A DNA stretch of 27,782 bases from Desulfobacterales bacterium (GCA_020347085.1 CP070769.1:2290595-2318376), one strand, 5' to 3'; shown: positions 17,235-25,549, counted from the first letter of the stretch. Numbers and translations are program-made. The notes: generated from the letters alone by a model not told the origin.

Positions 17235-17250
17235 TGGCATGACTTTTGCT
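17235..17250 (+). promoter_or_regulatory. sigma54 (-24/-12) promoter for the second PilZ gene
   Basis: TGGCATGACTTTTGCT: GG-N10-GC with TGGCA and TTGC consensus, 56 nt before the ATG. Confidence 0.7.
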
Positions 17251-17306
17251 TGCCATAACAGACATTTCTGCCCTCTCGATAATAAATATAGTGAAGAGGT
17301 TGCCAC

Positions 17307-17684
17307 ATGACGAATACAAAAGAGCGCGTCGAGCGACGCAAACACAGGCGCTTCCTGGTCCAGGAGGGTGCTTATGTCATACTCAGCCCTTCTGATACCG
17401 GAGCGGGTCGACTAAAAAATATTAGCATGGGTGGACTTATGTTTGAGTATGTGAGTCTGAAAGCGCCATCAATCAACGCAACCGAGCTGGAGATATTTGT
17501 CACCGACAGTCTTTTTCGTTTGCATCAAATACCATGTCAAAGCGTTTGGGATTTGCCAATCTACAAAAGTCCCACATTTTCCTTACAGAAGAGGCGATGT
17601 GGCGTGCAATTTGGGGACCTGTCGCCTCACCAGTTATCTCGGTTGGAATATTTTATCCAGAACCACACGACAGGCGAGGCGTGA
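17307..17684 (+). CDS. Standalone PilZ-domain protein, paralog 2 (125 aa)
   Basis: RKHRR (RxxxR), NISMGG, RRCGVQFG, SD GAGG. Colinear with 504-878. Confidence 0.9.
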   Translation: MTNTKERVERRKHRRFLVQEGAYVILSPSDTGAGRLKNISMGGLMFEYVSLKAPSINATELEIFVTDSLFRLHQIPCQSVWDLPIYKSPTFSLQKRRCGVQFGDLSPHQLSRLEYFIQNHTTGEA

Positions 17685-18189
17685 GGTCACGAGCCAGTTC
17701 AACGGTGAAGCCTCCCAGCCCTGAATGACAGGGGTTCTAACTAAAGGCAGCGCGTCGATGCTGATGACTCTGTGTATCTTGGTGCTGTTTCTAGGATTAT
17801 AGCTCCAAGCTCTTGAAATGACAAAGAATATCGGTTTACTCCTGAAGCGGAAAGCCTTGACGTTAATGTGCGCCTTCGACCAAATTGCCACATTCTAATG
17901 TCAAAGAACTGACGCAAAGCCAGTAATGGTTGTCCTTGAGCTTACCAGCTCTGAACTCCAAGCACCCCTACTACCCATAGACTACCGGAGCCCCCTCAGC
18001 AGTACTGGGTTTACTTGGATCTTCTATGTCAGCATCCTGACGTTCCCCTGGTTTTTAAAACACGGACACCTATGAAGCCTGACGTTTTTCTCTTTTCGCC
18101 ATGGCCTCCTTTCCTGATGCCCTTCGTGACTGTCTACCCATCCTTGAGGCTTTTTTGCGCCCTCTGCTTCCTTGACTTTTTTTGCATTA

Positions 18190-18330
18190 TGCTTACTTTG
18201 ACATAGAAGATCGGCTGTTGGCCAACGTGGCCCTCTGCCGTTTTCCTTTTTCCTCTCTTATCCCTGGGGGCTGCGATATAGTCTGAAAGGCTTCCCCCCT
18301 TCCCCTGCTATATCCTCCAGTTCCCAGGGA
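18190..18330 (+). promoter_or_regulatory. Conserved upstream region with long inverted repeat, copy 2
   Basis: Aligns with 1892-2031. TCCCTGGGGGCTG-C-GATATAG pairs with CTATATC-CTC-CAGTTCCCAGGGA (two G-U pairs). Confidence 0.7.
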
Positions 18331-18391
18331 CCATTTTTTCGTGATGGCCAACCGTCTCACCGCACCTGAAACATGTCCAAGGTGGCTGGGG

Positions 18392-18629
18392 ATGGATCAA
18401 GAACATAGGCTGGAAATAGAGGAGATCATAGATAGCTTGGAATGCCCCTACGATTTCAAATGGTACAAACAGGAAAGCGAGAATCTCTGCAAGGCACGAG
18501 ATGTTGGACTGGAAACATTCGTGGAGTGCCTCGAAGAACATCCCCATGAGTGCCCATTTTCAATGTATCTTGCTGGTATCCATTATTGCAAATGGCCCTG
18601 TCTACATCGTTAAGAAACTGAAAAGGTAA
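18392..18629 (+). pseudogene. Cys-rich microprotein, paralog 3, frameshifted near the C-terminus
   Basis: MDQEHRLEIEEII...CKARDVGLETFVECLEEHPHECPFS...HYCKWP stops at 18613. The family tail VYIVKKLKR-stop continues in another frame to 18629. 238 nt versus 243 nt implies a 5-nt deletion. Confidence 0.75.
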
Positions 18630-18783
18630 CATGTAGTTTTTCTTCACTCAACGGCTTGTCTATACTTGTTACTAAAAACTTCCATGCCTTTCCTTTCTGT
18701 CACCCTCGCCTGAATGTTCTAGAATCATGCTCTTTCTGTTCGTTGTTTTAAGGCTTTCGCAAATATGTCGGATAAGGACAACT

Positions 18784-18799
18784 TGGCATGAATTATGCA
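18784..18799 (+). promoter_or_regulatory. sigma54 (-24/-12) promoter
   Basis: TGGCATGAATTATGCA: GG (18785-86)-N10-GC (18797-98), 29 nt before ATG 18829. Confidence 0.65.
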
Positions 18800-18828
18800 T
18801 ATTCCAGGCAAACATAAAGGAGCCTATC

Positions 18829-19155
18829 ATGTGGTCAGACCTCTTCTTGGCACTGAAAGCCATGGATTTCGAACAGGCCAATAAGATCCTCTCCGGTATG
18901 GATGCCCTGGCGACTTTGATGAATCCATGGGTAATTGCTGTCATAGTCATTATCTCTATTGTCCTGTTAATGCGCTACGGAGACCGGGCGGTGATAACTT
19001 TTTTGTCATTTCCTGCGTTTATGGTCCTGTTTCAGAAGACAGTTCAAGGCATGGATGTCATGCAACTGGAACACAGTAGCCAAAATTTGCTGATTTTCAT
19101 TGGTGGATTTCTGGTCATTGCAGGAGTAAATGTTTACTTCCACTTTGTTCGTTGA
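18829..19155 (+). CDS. Small integral membrane protein (108 aa, ~3 TM segments), unknown function
   Basis: SD AAAGGAG before ATG 18829 (track start at 18727 overlaps the promoter). Three hydrophobic stretches. Confidence 0.8.
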   Translation: MWSDLFLALKAMDFEQANKILSGMDALATLMNPWVIAVIVIISIVLLMRYGDRAVITFLSFPAFMVLFQKTVQGMDVMQLEHSSQNLLIFIGGFLVIAGVNVYFHFVR

Positions 19156-19230
19156 TTGCCCACTGTGTTGCCTACCTCCATATTCAGCCTTCTGTGCGAA
19201 ATAACGGCCTCTGCGGGTCCTGTTTTCGGC

Positions 19231-19243
19231 TTGAAGCTCCCTG
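19231..19243 (+). repeat. Hairpin element, 5' fragment E
   Basis: TTGAAGCTCCCTG is identical to the first 13 nt of copy C, then diverges. Confidence 0.45.
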
Positions 19244-19395
19244 TATTATAAACGTTAACCCCGGCTGAGTTTAGAGATCGTCCAGTGGTTTTAGAGCGTC
19301 AAGACGTCATCTTTCGATGGGTTTCCTGGATTAGCAAGGAAAGGTGTGGAATGAATATGCAGTGGATGGGGTCCTTCTTGTCCTACGACCCGTGT

Positions 19396-21147
19396 CTACT
19401 TTTGCTTTTGCTCTTTCTTCTCAATCTTGGCCCATGAATCGCGCAACGTAACAGTCCGATTAAACATAAGGGTTTTGTCGGACGAATCAACGGAATCGAC
19501 ACAGAAATAGCCAAGTCTTTCAAACTGGTAGACGCTTCCTGGTTCTGCATGTGATAGACTAGGTTCAATGGCGCATGACGTCACCACCTGCAAGGAGTTC
19601 GGATTCAAATAAGTCTTGAAATCGGCACCATCCTTTTCTCCGTCTGGATTCGCTATTTCAAAGAGACGATCGTACAGGCGCACTTCAGCCTCGAGCGAAT
19701 GAGCAGCCGAAACCCAGTGAAGTGTTCCTCTCACCTTCCGTCCGTCTTTTGACCAGCCACCTCGCGTCTCGGGATCATAGGTGCAGTGCAGCTCAGCGAC
19801 TTCGCCGGTCTGCTCATCCTTAACCACTCCCACACATGTGATATAATACGCGTATCTTAGCCGCACCTCACGACCCGGGGCCAAACGGAAGAACTTTTTC
19901 GGTGGATCCTCACGAAAATCCTCTCGTTCGATGTACAGCACTTGGGAGAAAGGAACCTTACGTGTACCCATACTGGGATCCTCCGGGTTGTTTATGGCGT
20001 CCAACTCCTCCACCTGGTCTTCTGGATAATTGTCAATGACTACACGAAGTGGGCGCAACACGCCCATGACACGTGGCGCTCGCTTGTTTAAATCTTCGCG
20101 GACACAATACTCGAGTAAAGCCATGTCGACGATACTATCCCTCTTGGCTACTCCGATGCGCTCACAAAAGTTTCGAATCGACTCTGGTGTGTAGCCCCGC
20201 CTCCGCATACCCGATATAGTAGGCATCCGCGGATCATCCCACCCGGAGACATCCCCCTGCTCTACCAATTGAACGAGCTTTCTCTTACTCAAAACGGTGT
20301 AGCTGAGATTGAGACGAGCAAATTCAATCTGCTGTGGATGACAATCCACGTTCAATTGGTCAAGGATCCAGTCGTACAAAGGGCGATTATCTTCGAATTC
20401 TAGGGTGCAAATAGAATGCGTGATCCCTTCAATGGAATCCGAAAGGCAATGACTAAAGTCGTACATCGGATAAATGCACCATTTACTGCCCGTCCGATGA
20501 TGATCGACCTTTCGGATGCGGTAGATAGTTGGATCTCGCATGTTCAAATTTGGAGATGTCATATCAATCTTTGCTCGAAGCACGTGAGCGCCGTCCTCGA
20601 ATTCTCCTGCCCGCATGCGCTCGAACAAGTCCAAGTTCTCTTCGACCGAACGTGGACGATACGGACTGTCCTTGCCCGGCTTAGTCAAGGTACCTCGATA
20701 CTCTCTGATTTGATCTGCGCTCAAACTGCAAACATACGCCTTGCCATCCTTGATCAGCTGCACGGCATATTCATAAAGTTGATCAAAGTAGTCAGACGTG
20801 TAGAACAGCCGATCACCCCAATCGAATCCAATCCACCGAACGTCTGACTTGATTGATTCTACATATTCAACGTCCTCTTTGGTAGGATTGGTATCATCGA
20901 ATCGTACATTGCAAAGGCCGCCGAATTCAGCTGCCAGGCTGAAATTGAGGCAGATTGATTTGGCGTGTCCAATGTGCAAATACCCATTAGGCTCCGGTGG
21001 GAACCGCGTATGAACTCGGCCATTGTTCTTTTTTGCCTCAACGTCTTCAGCAATGATATTGCGGATGAAATTGGGCGGAGGGGTAAACTTGGTTGCAGTC
21101 ACATTCACAGCATTTTTCTCACTTGGCCTCTTGAGAAACCCTGTCAT
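19396..21147 (-). CDS. glnS: Glutaminyl-tRNA synthetase
   Basis: [74 protein letters not shown]. No C-terminal YqeY domain. The start could be a later GTG. Confidence 0.97.
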   Translation of the reverse strand: MTGFLKRPSEKNAVNVTATKFTPPPNFIRNIIAEDVEAKKNNGRVHTRFPPEPNGYLHIGHAKSICLNFSLAAEFGGLCNVRFDDTNPTKEDVEYVESIKSDVRWIGFDWGDRLFYTSDYFDQLYEYAVQLIKDGKAYVCSLSADQIREYRGTLTKPGKDSPYRPRSVEENLDLFERMRAGEFEDGAHVLRAKIDMTSPNLNMRDPTIYRIRKVDHHRTGSKWCIYPMYDFSHCLSDSIEGITHSICTLEFEDNRPLYDWILDQLNVDCHPQQIEFARLNLSYTVLSKRKLVQLVEQGDVSGWDDPRMPTISGMRRRGYTPESIRNFCERIGVAKRDSIVDMALLEYCVREDLNKRAPRVMGVLRPLRVVIDNYPEDQVEELDAINNPEDPSMGTRKVPFSQVLYIEREDFREDPPKKFFRLAPGREVRLRYAYYITCVGVVKDEQTGEVAELHCTYDPETRGGWSKDGRKVRGTLHWVSAAHSLEAEVRLYDRLFEIANPDGEKDGADFKTYLNPNSLQVVTSCAIEPSLSHAEPGSVYQFERLGYFCVDSVDSSDKTLMFNRTVTLRDSWAKIEKKEQKQK

Positions 21148-21186
21148 CCGGCTACGCCTGTTACCAAGATATCTAGCGGTGCCTTA

Positions 21187-22662
21187 CTAAAAGAATGTTA
21201 CAGCCTTCCGCAAGCGCTCTACCACACGACGCTGTCCCACGGCTATGAGCACATCAAACAACCCTGGACCTTTTGCCAGGCCCGTGACCGCCGCGCGAAT
21301 GCCATTAATCAATATCCCCGCTTTGATTTCAAACTCTTCAGCCATCTCACGGATCACATGTTCAGCCTCTTCGGCCGTGAACGTTTTCAAGGCTTCCAAG
21401 CGATCCGCCAGGATAGGAAACCACGCTTTCAGTCCTTCGTGCTTCAGGATATTCTTCTCCAGGGCCTTCGGCTCGACAGGGTAGTCTTCTGAAAAATAAG
21501 GGCGACCCAGGGTCACAAAATCGGTGGTCACATGATATCTGCTTCGAATCACGTCGACTGTATGAAGAAACCAATCGCGCTTCATCCCCTCAAAATCCGG
21601 ATCCCACATCCCCGCCTTTTCCAACTCTGCCCTGACGTAAGGCTCAATCTCTTCAACCGGAAGATTTCTCAGGTAATGTGTATTGATACTAATCGCCTTT
21701 GGGTCGGTAAAGAATTTTGGATCGTCCTTCCTCACATCAAAGATGGCATTAGCGCGACTTATGCCTTCGAGAGAAAATGCCTCGATCAGATCTTCCTTAG
21801 AAAAGATCTCTCTTGAATCAGAGGTGGACCATCCCAGAAGGGCCAGATAGTTTACAAATGCCCAGGGCAGGAAACCGTGTTCCTTGTAGAAGTGGACGGC
21901 AACCAATTCGCCGTGCGTCCTTTTTGAGATCTTTGCCTTTTTGGGATCCAAAGTGAGGGACATATGGGCAAATCTTGGAATGGGTGCACCAAGAGCCCTG
22001 TATATCAAGATTTGCTTGGGCGTATTTGCAAGCCCATCCTGTCCGCGAATGACATGGGTGATTCGGTCTCGGATGTCATCCACAGCATTCGAAAGGACAT
22101 ACAGAGGCCGACCATTGGAACGGACGATGACAAAATCTTCTATGTCTTCATACTTTTTCTCAATAAAGCCATAGACCATGTCTTCGAAAAGGACCGAGCC
22201 TTTCCCACGGGGCACCTTCAAACGAACGGTGTACGGCATCCCGGCGGCTTCCTTTTTGCTAATCTCCTCAGATGTTAACCTGCGACAAGTGCCATCGTAC
22301 TGTAACGCAGACTTTTTCTTGCGCGCCTCTTCGCGCTTTTTATCAAGCTCCTCTTTTGTACAAAAACACTTGTATGCATGCCCCAACTGGATGAGTTTCT
22401 GCGCAGCTGCCACATGCTCATTGATGAACTGAGACTGAAAATAAGGGCCTTCATCCCAGGTAATGCTCAACCATTTGAGGCTTTCAATGATCCCACGGAT
22501 CGACTCTTCAGAAGACCTTTCCGCGTCGGTATCCTCGATCCTCAAGATCAACTTGCCACCCGTCTTTTGGGCAAAGAGCCAGTTGAATATGGCTGTTCGG
22601 GCACCCCCGATATGAAGGTATCCACTGGGGCTCGGGGGAAACCGGGTTCGAACCTCTTCCAT
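21187..22662 (-). CDS. gltX: Glutamyl-tRNA synthetase
   Basis: RTRFPPSPSGYLHIGGART, LRIEDTD, WDEGPYFQS, THVIRGQD, KISKR (KMSKS-like). Confidence 0.96.
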   Translation of the reverse strand: MEEVRTRFPPSPSGYLHIGGARTAIFNWLFAQKTGGKLILRIEDTDAERSSEESIRGIIESLKWLSITWDEGPYFQSQFINEHVAAAQKLIQLGHAYKCFCTKEELDKKREEARKKKSALQYDGTCRRLTSEEISKKEAAGMPYTVRLKVPRGKGSVLFEDMVYGFIEKKYEDIEDFVIVRSNGRPLYVLSNAVDDIRDRITHVIRGQDGLANTPKQILIYRALGAPIPRFAHMSLTLDPKKAKISKRTHGELVAVHFYKEHGFLPWAFVNYLALLGWSTSDSREIFSKEDLIEAFSLEGISRANAIFDVRKDDPKFFTDPKAISINTHYLRNLPVEEIEPYVRAELEKAGMWDPDFEGMKRDWFLHTVDVIRSRYHVTTDFVTLGRPYFSEDYPVEPKALEKNILKHEGLKAWFPILADRLEALKTFTAEEAEHVIREMAEEFEIKAGILINGIRAAVTGLAKGPGLFDVLIAVGQRRVVERLRKAVTFF

Positions 22663-22738
22663 GATATGGAGTCCTTTAGTTGTAAAATCCGTGCCTTTGC
22701 TTGTCTCTCACAGAGCCCACAGAGCCTCAGAGCTTGTC

Positions 22739-22769
22739 AAGCTGAATTGCTGAGAGGGCAATTCAGCCT
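22739..22769 (-). terminator. Hairpin, probably the original amrB terminator
   Basis: GCTGAATTGC (22741-22750) / GCAATTCAGC (22758-22767), a perfect 10-bp stem. It would lie ~10 nt after the amrB stop if the MITE is removed. Short U-tract. Confidence 0.5.
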
Positions 22770-22781
22770 AAATCCCGCCTA

Positions 22782-22971
22782 GCGAGACTGACGCAGGAGT
22801 TTTTGTCTGGGTATAAATGCGCCGGCAGGAGCCGAGCATTTGGTCTGACTTTTCCCTCTCAAAAAATCAGACCCAAGATTATCTCGGTGATGTCTGTGGA
22901 CTCGCGTGACCCCGATCGATCGGGAGAGCGGGCGAGAGAGCCCTCTTTGCTGCCGAGTCATACTGTCTCGC
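22782..22971. mobile_element. MITE-like element 3 (190 bp) with TA target duplication
   Basis: TA-GCGAGAC...GTCTCGC-TA; pairing extends with bulges (TGAC/GTCA, GCAG/CTGC). Internal stems GGTCTGA/TCAGACC and palindrome CCCGATCGATCGGG (22911-22924). Confidence 0.65.
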
Positions 22972-23783
22972 TAATAGACAATGAAGCCTGCATATCCAAC
23001 AACCTGGGCATAATCGCCGGTCACATCTCCTGATGTAGCATACTGAACCAGCTCGGCCCTGTCTGCACCCAAGAACTTGCATGCCTCAAGCACGATCGTC
23101 GTGGGAATGACCCCACACATAGATATCCCATGCTTGGATACAGTTTCATAAAGCCCCTGGGGGTCCAAATCAAGGATACGGTCGATAGCCAACTTATCTT
23201 TGGCCTTTGCTGTCTCCTGAGACTCGTAATGGGTCATATCCGTGCTGGCCACCAGAAGAACTTCTTTGCCATAATCCTGAATACCTTGTACCAAGGCCTG
23301 ACCAATCTCTTGACATGCATCGTAAGTTAAGTGGGACAGCCCGATCGGTACAATGCTTACTTCAGGCCGTAAAAATTGAAGAAATGGAACCTGAACTTCG
23401 ATGGAATGCTCCATGGTGTGCGCCCCGGGATCGTCTTCTATCCTGACAACAGAGGTCGAGACTTGCAGAATTGATTTCGCCAGTACTTCGTTGATTGGAA
23501 CAGACCCCAACGGCATGTCCCATATCCCGGAGGCAGTCAGAGCAACCCTTGCCCCTATGCCCCTATGGTTGGGCCCCAGGATCACCACCGCGTCCGGAAT
23601 GCTGATTTGAGAAAAAACGGCACCTGCCACGCCACCGGAGTACATATAACCTGCATGTGGCGAAATGGCAGCCATCACCTTTTTTGGCTCTGGTGCCGGT
23701 CGGACAAATGAGTCCAGCTGCTCCTTCAGCCGCTCCTTTTCACCAGGATAGAACATGTTGGCCACAGCGGGTATGCGAGACAT
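22971..23783 (-). CDS. amrB: MEMO1-family protein (AmmeMemoRadiSam system protein B)
   Basis: R-PAVA-MFYP, SPHAGYMYSG, LGPNH, EHSIEVQVPFLQ, ASTDMTHYE, SMCG, YATSGDVTGD--QVVGYA. Confidence 0.92.
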   Translation of the reverse strand: MSRIPAVANMFYPGEKERLKEQLDSFVRPAPEPKKVMAAISPHAGYMYSGGVAGAVFSQISIPDAVVILGPNHRGIGARVALTASGIWDMPLGSVPINEVLAKSILQVSTSVVRIEDDPGAHTMEHSIEVQVPFLQFLRPEVSIVPIGLSHLTYDACQEIGQALVQGIQDYGKEVLLVASTDMTHYESQETAKAKDKLAIDRILDLDPQGLYETVSKHGISMCGVIPTTIVLEACKFLGADRAELVQYATSGDVTGDYAQVVGYAGFIVY

Positions 23784-24016
23784 GTCACACCTCCATTGCT
23801 CGTGATTCCAGATTCATTATACGATTTTTGATCTGCGACTTATCCGGTTTCCCCAGCATATTTTACGTTGTAGCCTGAGTTAACTTATAAACATAACACA
23901 AACGGATCATTCGGACAAGCCGTGTACCTGCCCATGCACAGGGCGTCGGCTAACGGTCTGCAGGCCAGAATTGGCCTCAGTATGGGCAATACGCAAAAAG
24001 GGGAGGCCTAAAGGGC

Positions 24017-24044
24017 TTGACAAAACGGTTTTTTTGTCTATAGT
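24017..24044 (+). promoter_or_regulatory. sigma70-type promoter upstream of rpmF
   Basis: TTGACA (24017-24022), 16-nt spacer, TATAGT (24039-24044). Confidence 0.6.
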
Positions 24045-24222
24045 AGGTACCTCATTTTTTATTTTTTTGAAGTAACGTGACAAAAAAACTTGAAATACTA
24101 ATAGGTTAGCAACGACTTTTTGCTCCATATGATTGATTTTTCATGACAATTTGTAGTCAATTGAGATTCTCTGCAGCTCGCTGTGGAGAATCTCCAATTC
24201 CAAGGAACTTGATCATTTTTTG

Positions 24223-24287
24223 ATGCGCTCGCCAACCCCGCAACCCCGATAAAAGGGGATCGGGAATGCGCTCGCCTGTGCAGTTCA
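24223..24287 (+). repeat. Hairpin element, copy F (diverged, subtype of copy B)
   Basis: ATGCGCTCGCCAACCCCGCAACCCCGATAAAAGGGGATCGGGAATGCGCTCGCCTGTGCAGTTCA; ends 37 nt before the rpmF ATG. Confidence 0.75.
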
Positions 24288-24324
24288 CCAAGACGATGAG
24301 TCGTACCGAATAAGGAGATTACCC

Positions 24325-24507
24325 ATGGCATTACCCAAGCGAAAGGTTTCCAAATCCAGGGGCAGAAAGCGCAGAACCCATCAGAAGGCAACACTTGTGA
24401 ATCTGACGAGTTGCCCCCAGTGTAATGAGCCCAAGTTGCCGCATCACGTCTGCCCAAACTGCGGCTACTACAAGGGGCGTCCCGTCATCGAAACCGAAGA
24501 AATGTAG
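24325..24507 (+). CDS. rpmF: 50S ribosomal protein L32 (Zn-binding type)
   Basis: MALPKRKVSKSR, CPQC...PHHVCPNCGYYKG; SD AAGGAG. Confidence 0.97.
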   Translation: MALPKRKVSKSRGRKRRTHQKATLVNLTSCPQCNEPKLPHHVCPNCGYYKGRPVIETEEM

Positions 24508-24610
24508 CTGCCCTATCAGCAACGGATGCATACCAATCGAAACAAGCTGAAAACTTCATCTCAGAAAAGCAAGCTTCAGGCCACATGGCAGCAGACAGGG
24601 GAGATACACA

Positions 24611-25360
24611 ATGACTAACGACGCCGAGCGTGTGGTGGTAGTGACTGGGGGATCCAGAGGTATTGGCCGTGCCATCGGAGTGCGCATGGCTGATGCTAAC
24701 ACAACGATCTATTTCAATTACTCCACCAAGAATAGCACAGATGCTGAAGAGACCGCGAGGCTTGTTGAGGATGCCGGGGCGACAGTACGTGGAGCCCTTG
24801 TCAATATTGCGTTACGGGAAGAGGTGCAAGGGTTCTTCAGCCAAATTGTGAAGGAATGCGGCCGTGTGGATGTGCTGGTAAATAATGCGGGCATCGCCAG
24901 AGACGGACTTCTGGTGCGCATGAAGGAAGAGGATTGGGATCGCGTCCTGGGCATCAATCTCAAAGGAGCTTTTTGTTGCATACAGGCTGTGGCCAAGACC
25001 ATGATGAAGCAGCGGTTCGGACGGATCATCAATATAGCGTCTGTGGTTGGCGTTATGGGAAACGCCGGACAGGCCAACTATGTTGCATCCAAGGCTGGCA
25101 TGATTGGCTTGACGAAGACAGCAGCAAGGGAATTGGCCCCAAGAGGGATTACGGTTAATGCTGTGGCGCCCGGATTTATCGACACATCTATGACAGCCGA
25201 CCTTGCCGAAAAAGTTAAGGAGGCCATGCTGGCCCAGGTTCCCTTGGGACGAATGGGGCAACCACAAGACGTGGCGGAGGTGGTTGCTTTCCTTGCGTCA
25301 GAAAAGGCTTCTTATATTACGGGTCAGGTTATCCATGTGAATGGAGGCATGTATATGTAG
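24611..25360 (+). CDS. fabG: 3-oxoacyl-ACP reductase
   Basis: TGGSRGIG, VNNAGI, NYVASK (YxxxK), NAVAPGFI, GQVIHVNGGMYM; adjacent to acpP. Confidence 0.95.
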   Translation: MTNDAERVVVVTGGSRGIGRAIGVRMADANTTIYFNYSTKNSTDAEETARLVEDAGATVRGALVNIALREEVQGFFSQIVKECGRVDVLVNNAGIARDGLLVRMKEEDWDRVLGINLKGAFCCIQAVAKTMMKQRFGRIINIASVVGVMGNAGQANYVASKAGMIGLTKTAARELAPRGITVNAVAPGFIDTSMTADLAEKVKEAMLAQVPLGRMGQPQDVAEVVAFLASEKASYITGQVIHVNGGMYM

Positions 25361-25418
25361 TGAGAGATGTAACTGCGAAGGCTTAAGGCTTAAGGGACGC
25401 GGATTATGGATTACGCCT

Positions 25419-25443
25419 GGCCCTGGACCTTATTCCCAGGGCC
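25419..25443. other. GC-rich hairpin between fabG and acpP
   Basis: GGCCCTGG / CCAGGGCC 8-bp stem with a 9-nt loop, no clear U-tract. Confidence 0.35.
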
Positions 25444-25549
25444 CTGCTTTATGCTGTTGTCCACAAGCCTCCCTGTTGCGGGATGAAGCTTAGACAACCA
25501 TTATTGCCAAAAATCATCACAGACTTTAAGATGAAGGAGGTGATAGCAC

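Noticed and set aside
17885-17935. c-di-GMP-I riboswitch-like GACGCAAAGCC near the PilZ gene
   Set aside because: The upstream GGCAAA and GNRA-capped P2 stem are absent, and no gene follows closely.
22690-22745. TTGACA on the minus strand and short CTCTGTG tandem repeats in the gltX leader
   Set aside because: No -10 box at 16-18 nt, and the repeats are low-complexity.
22780-22973. 6S RNA (similar length, closed by a terminal stem)
   Set aside because: No continuous rod with a central bubble. The TA duplication and reconstructable empty site fit a MITE better. A cmscan would be decisive.
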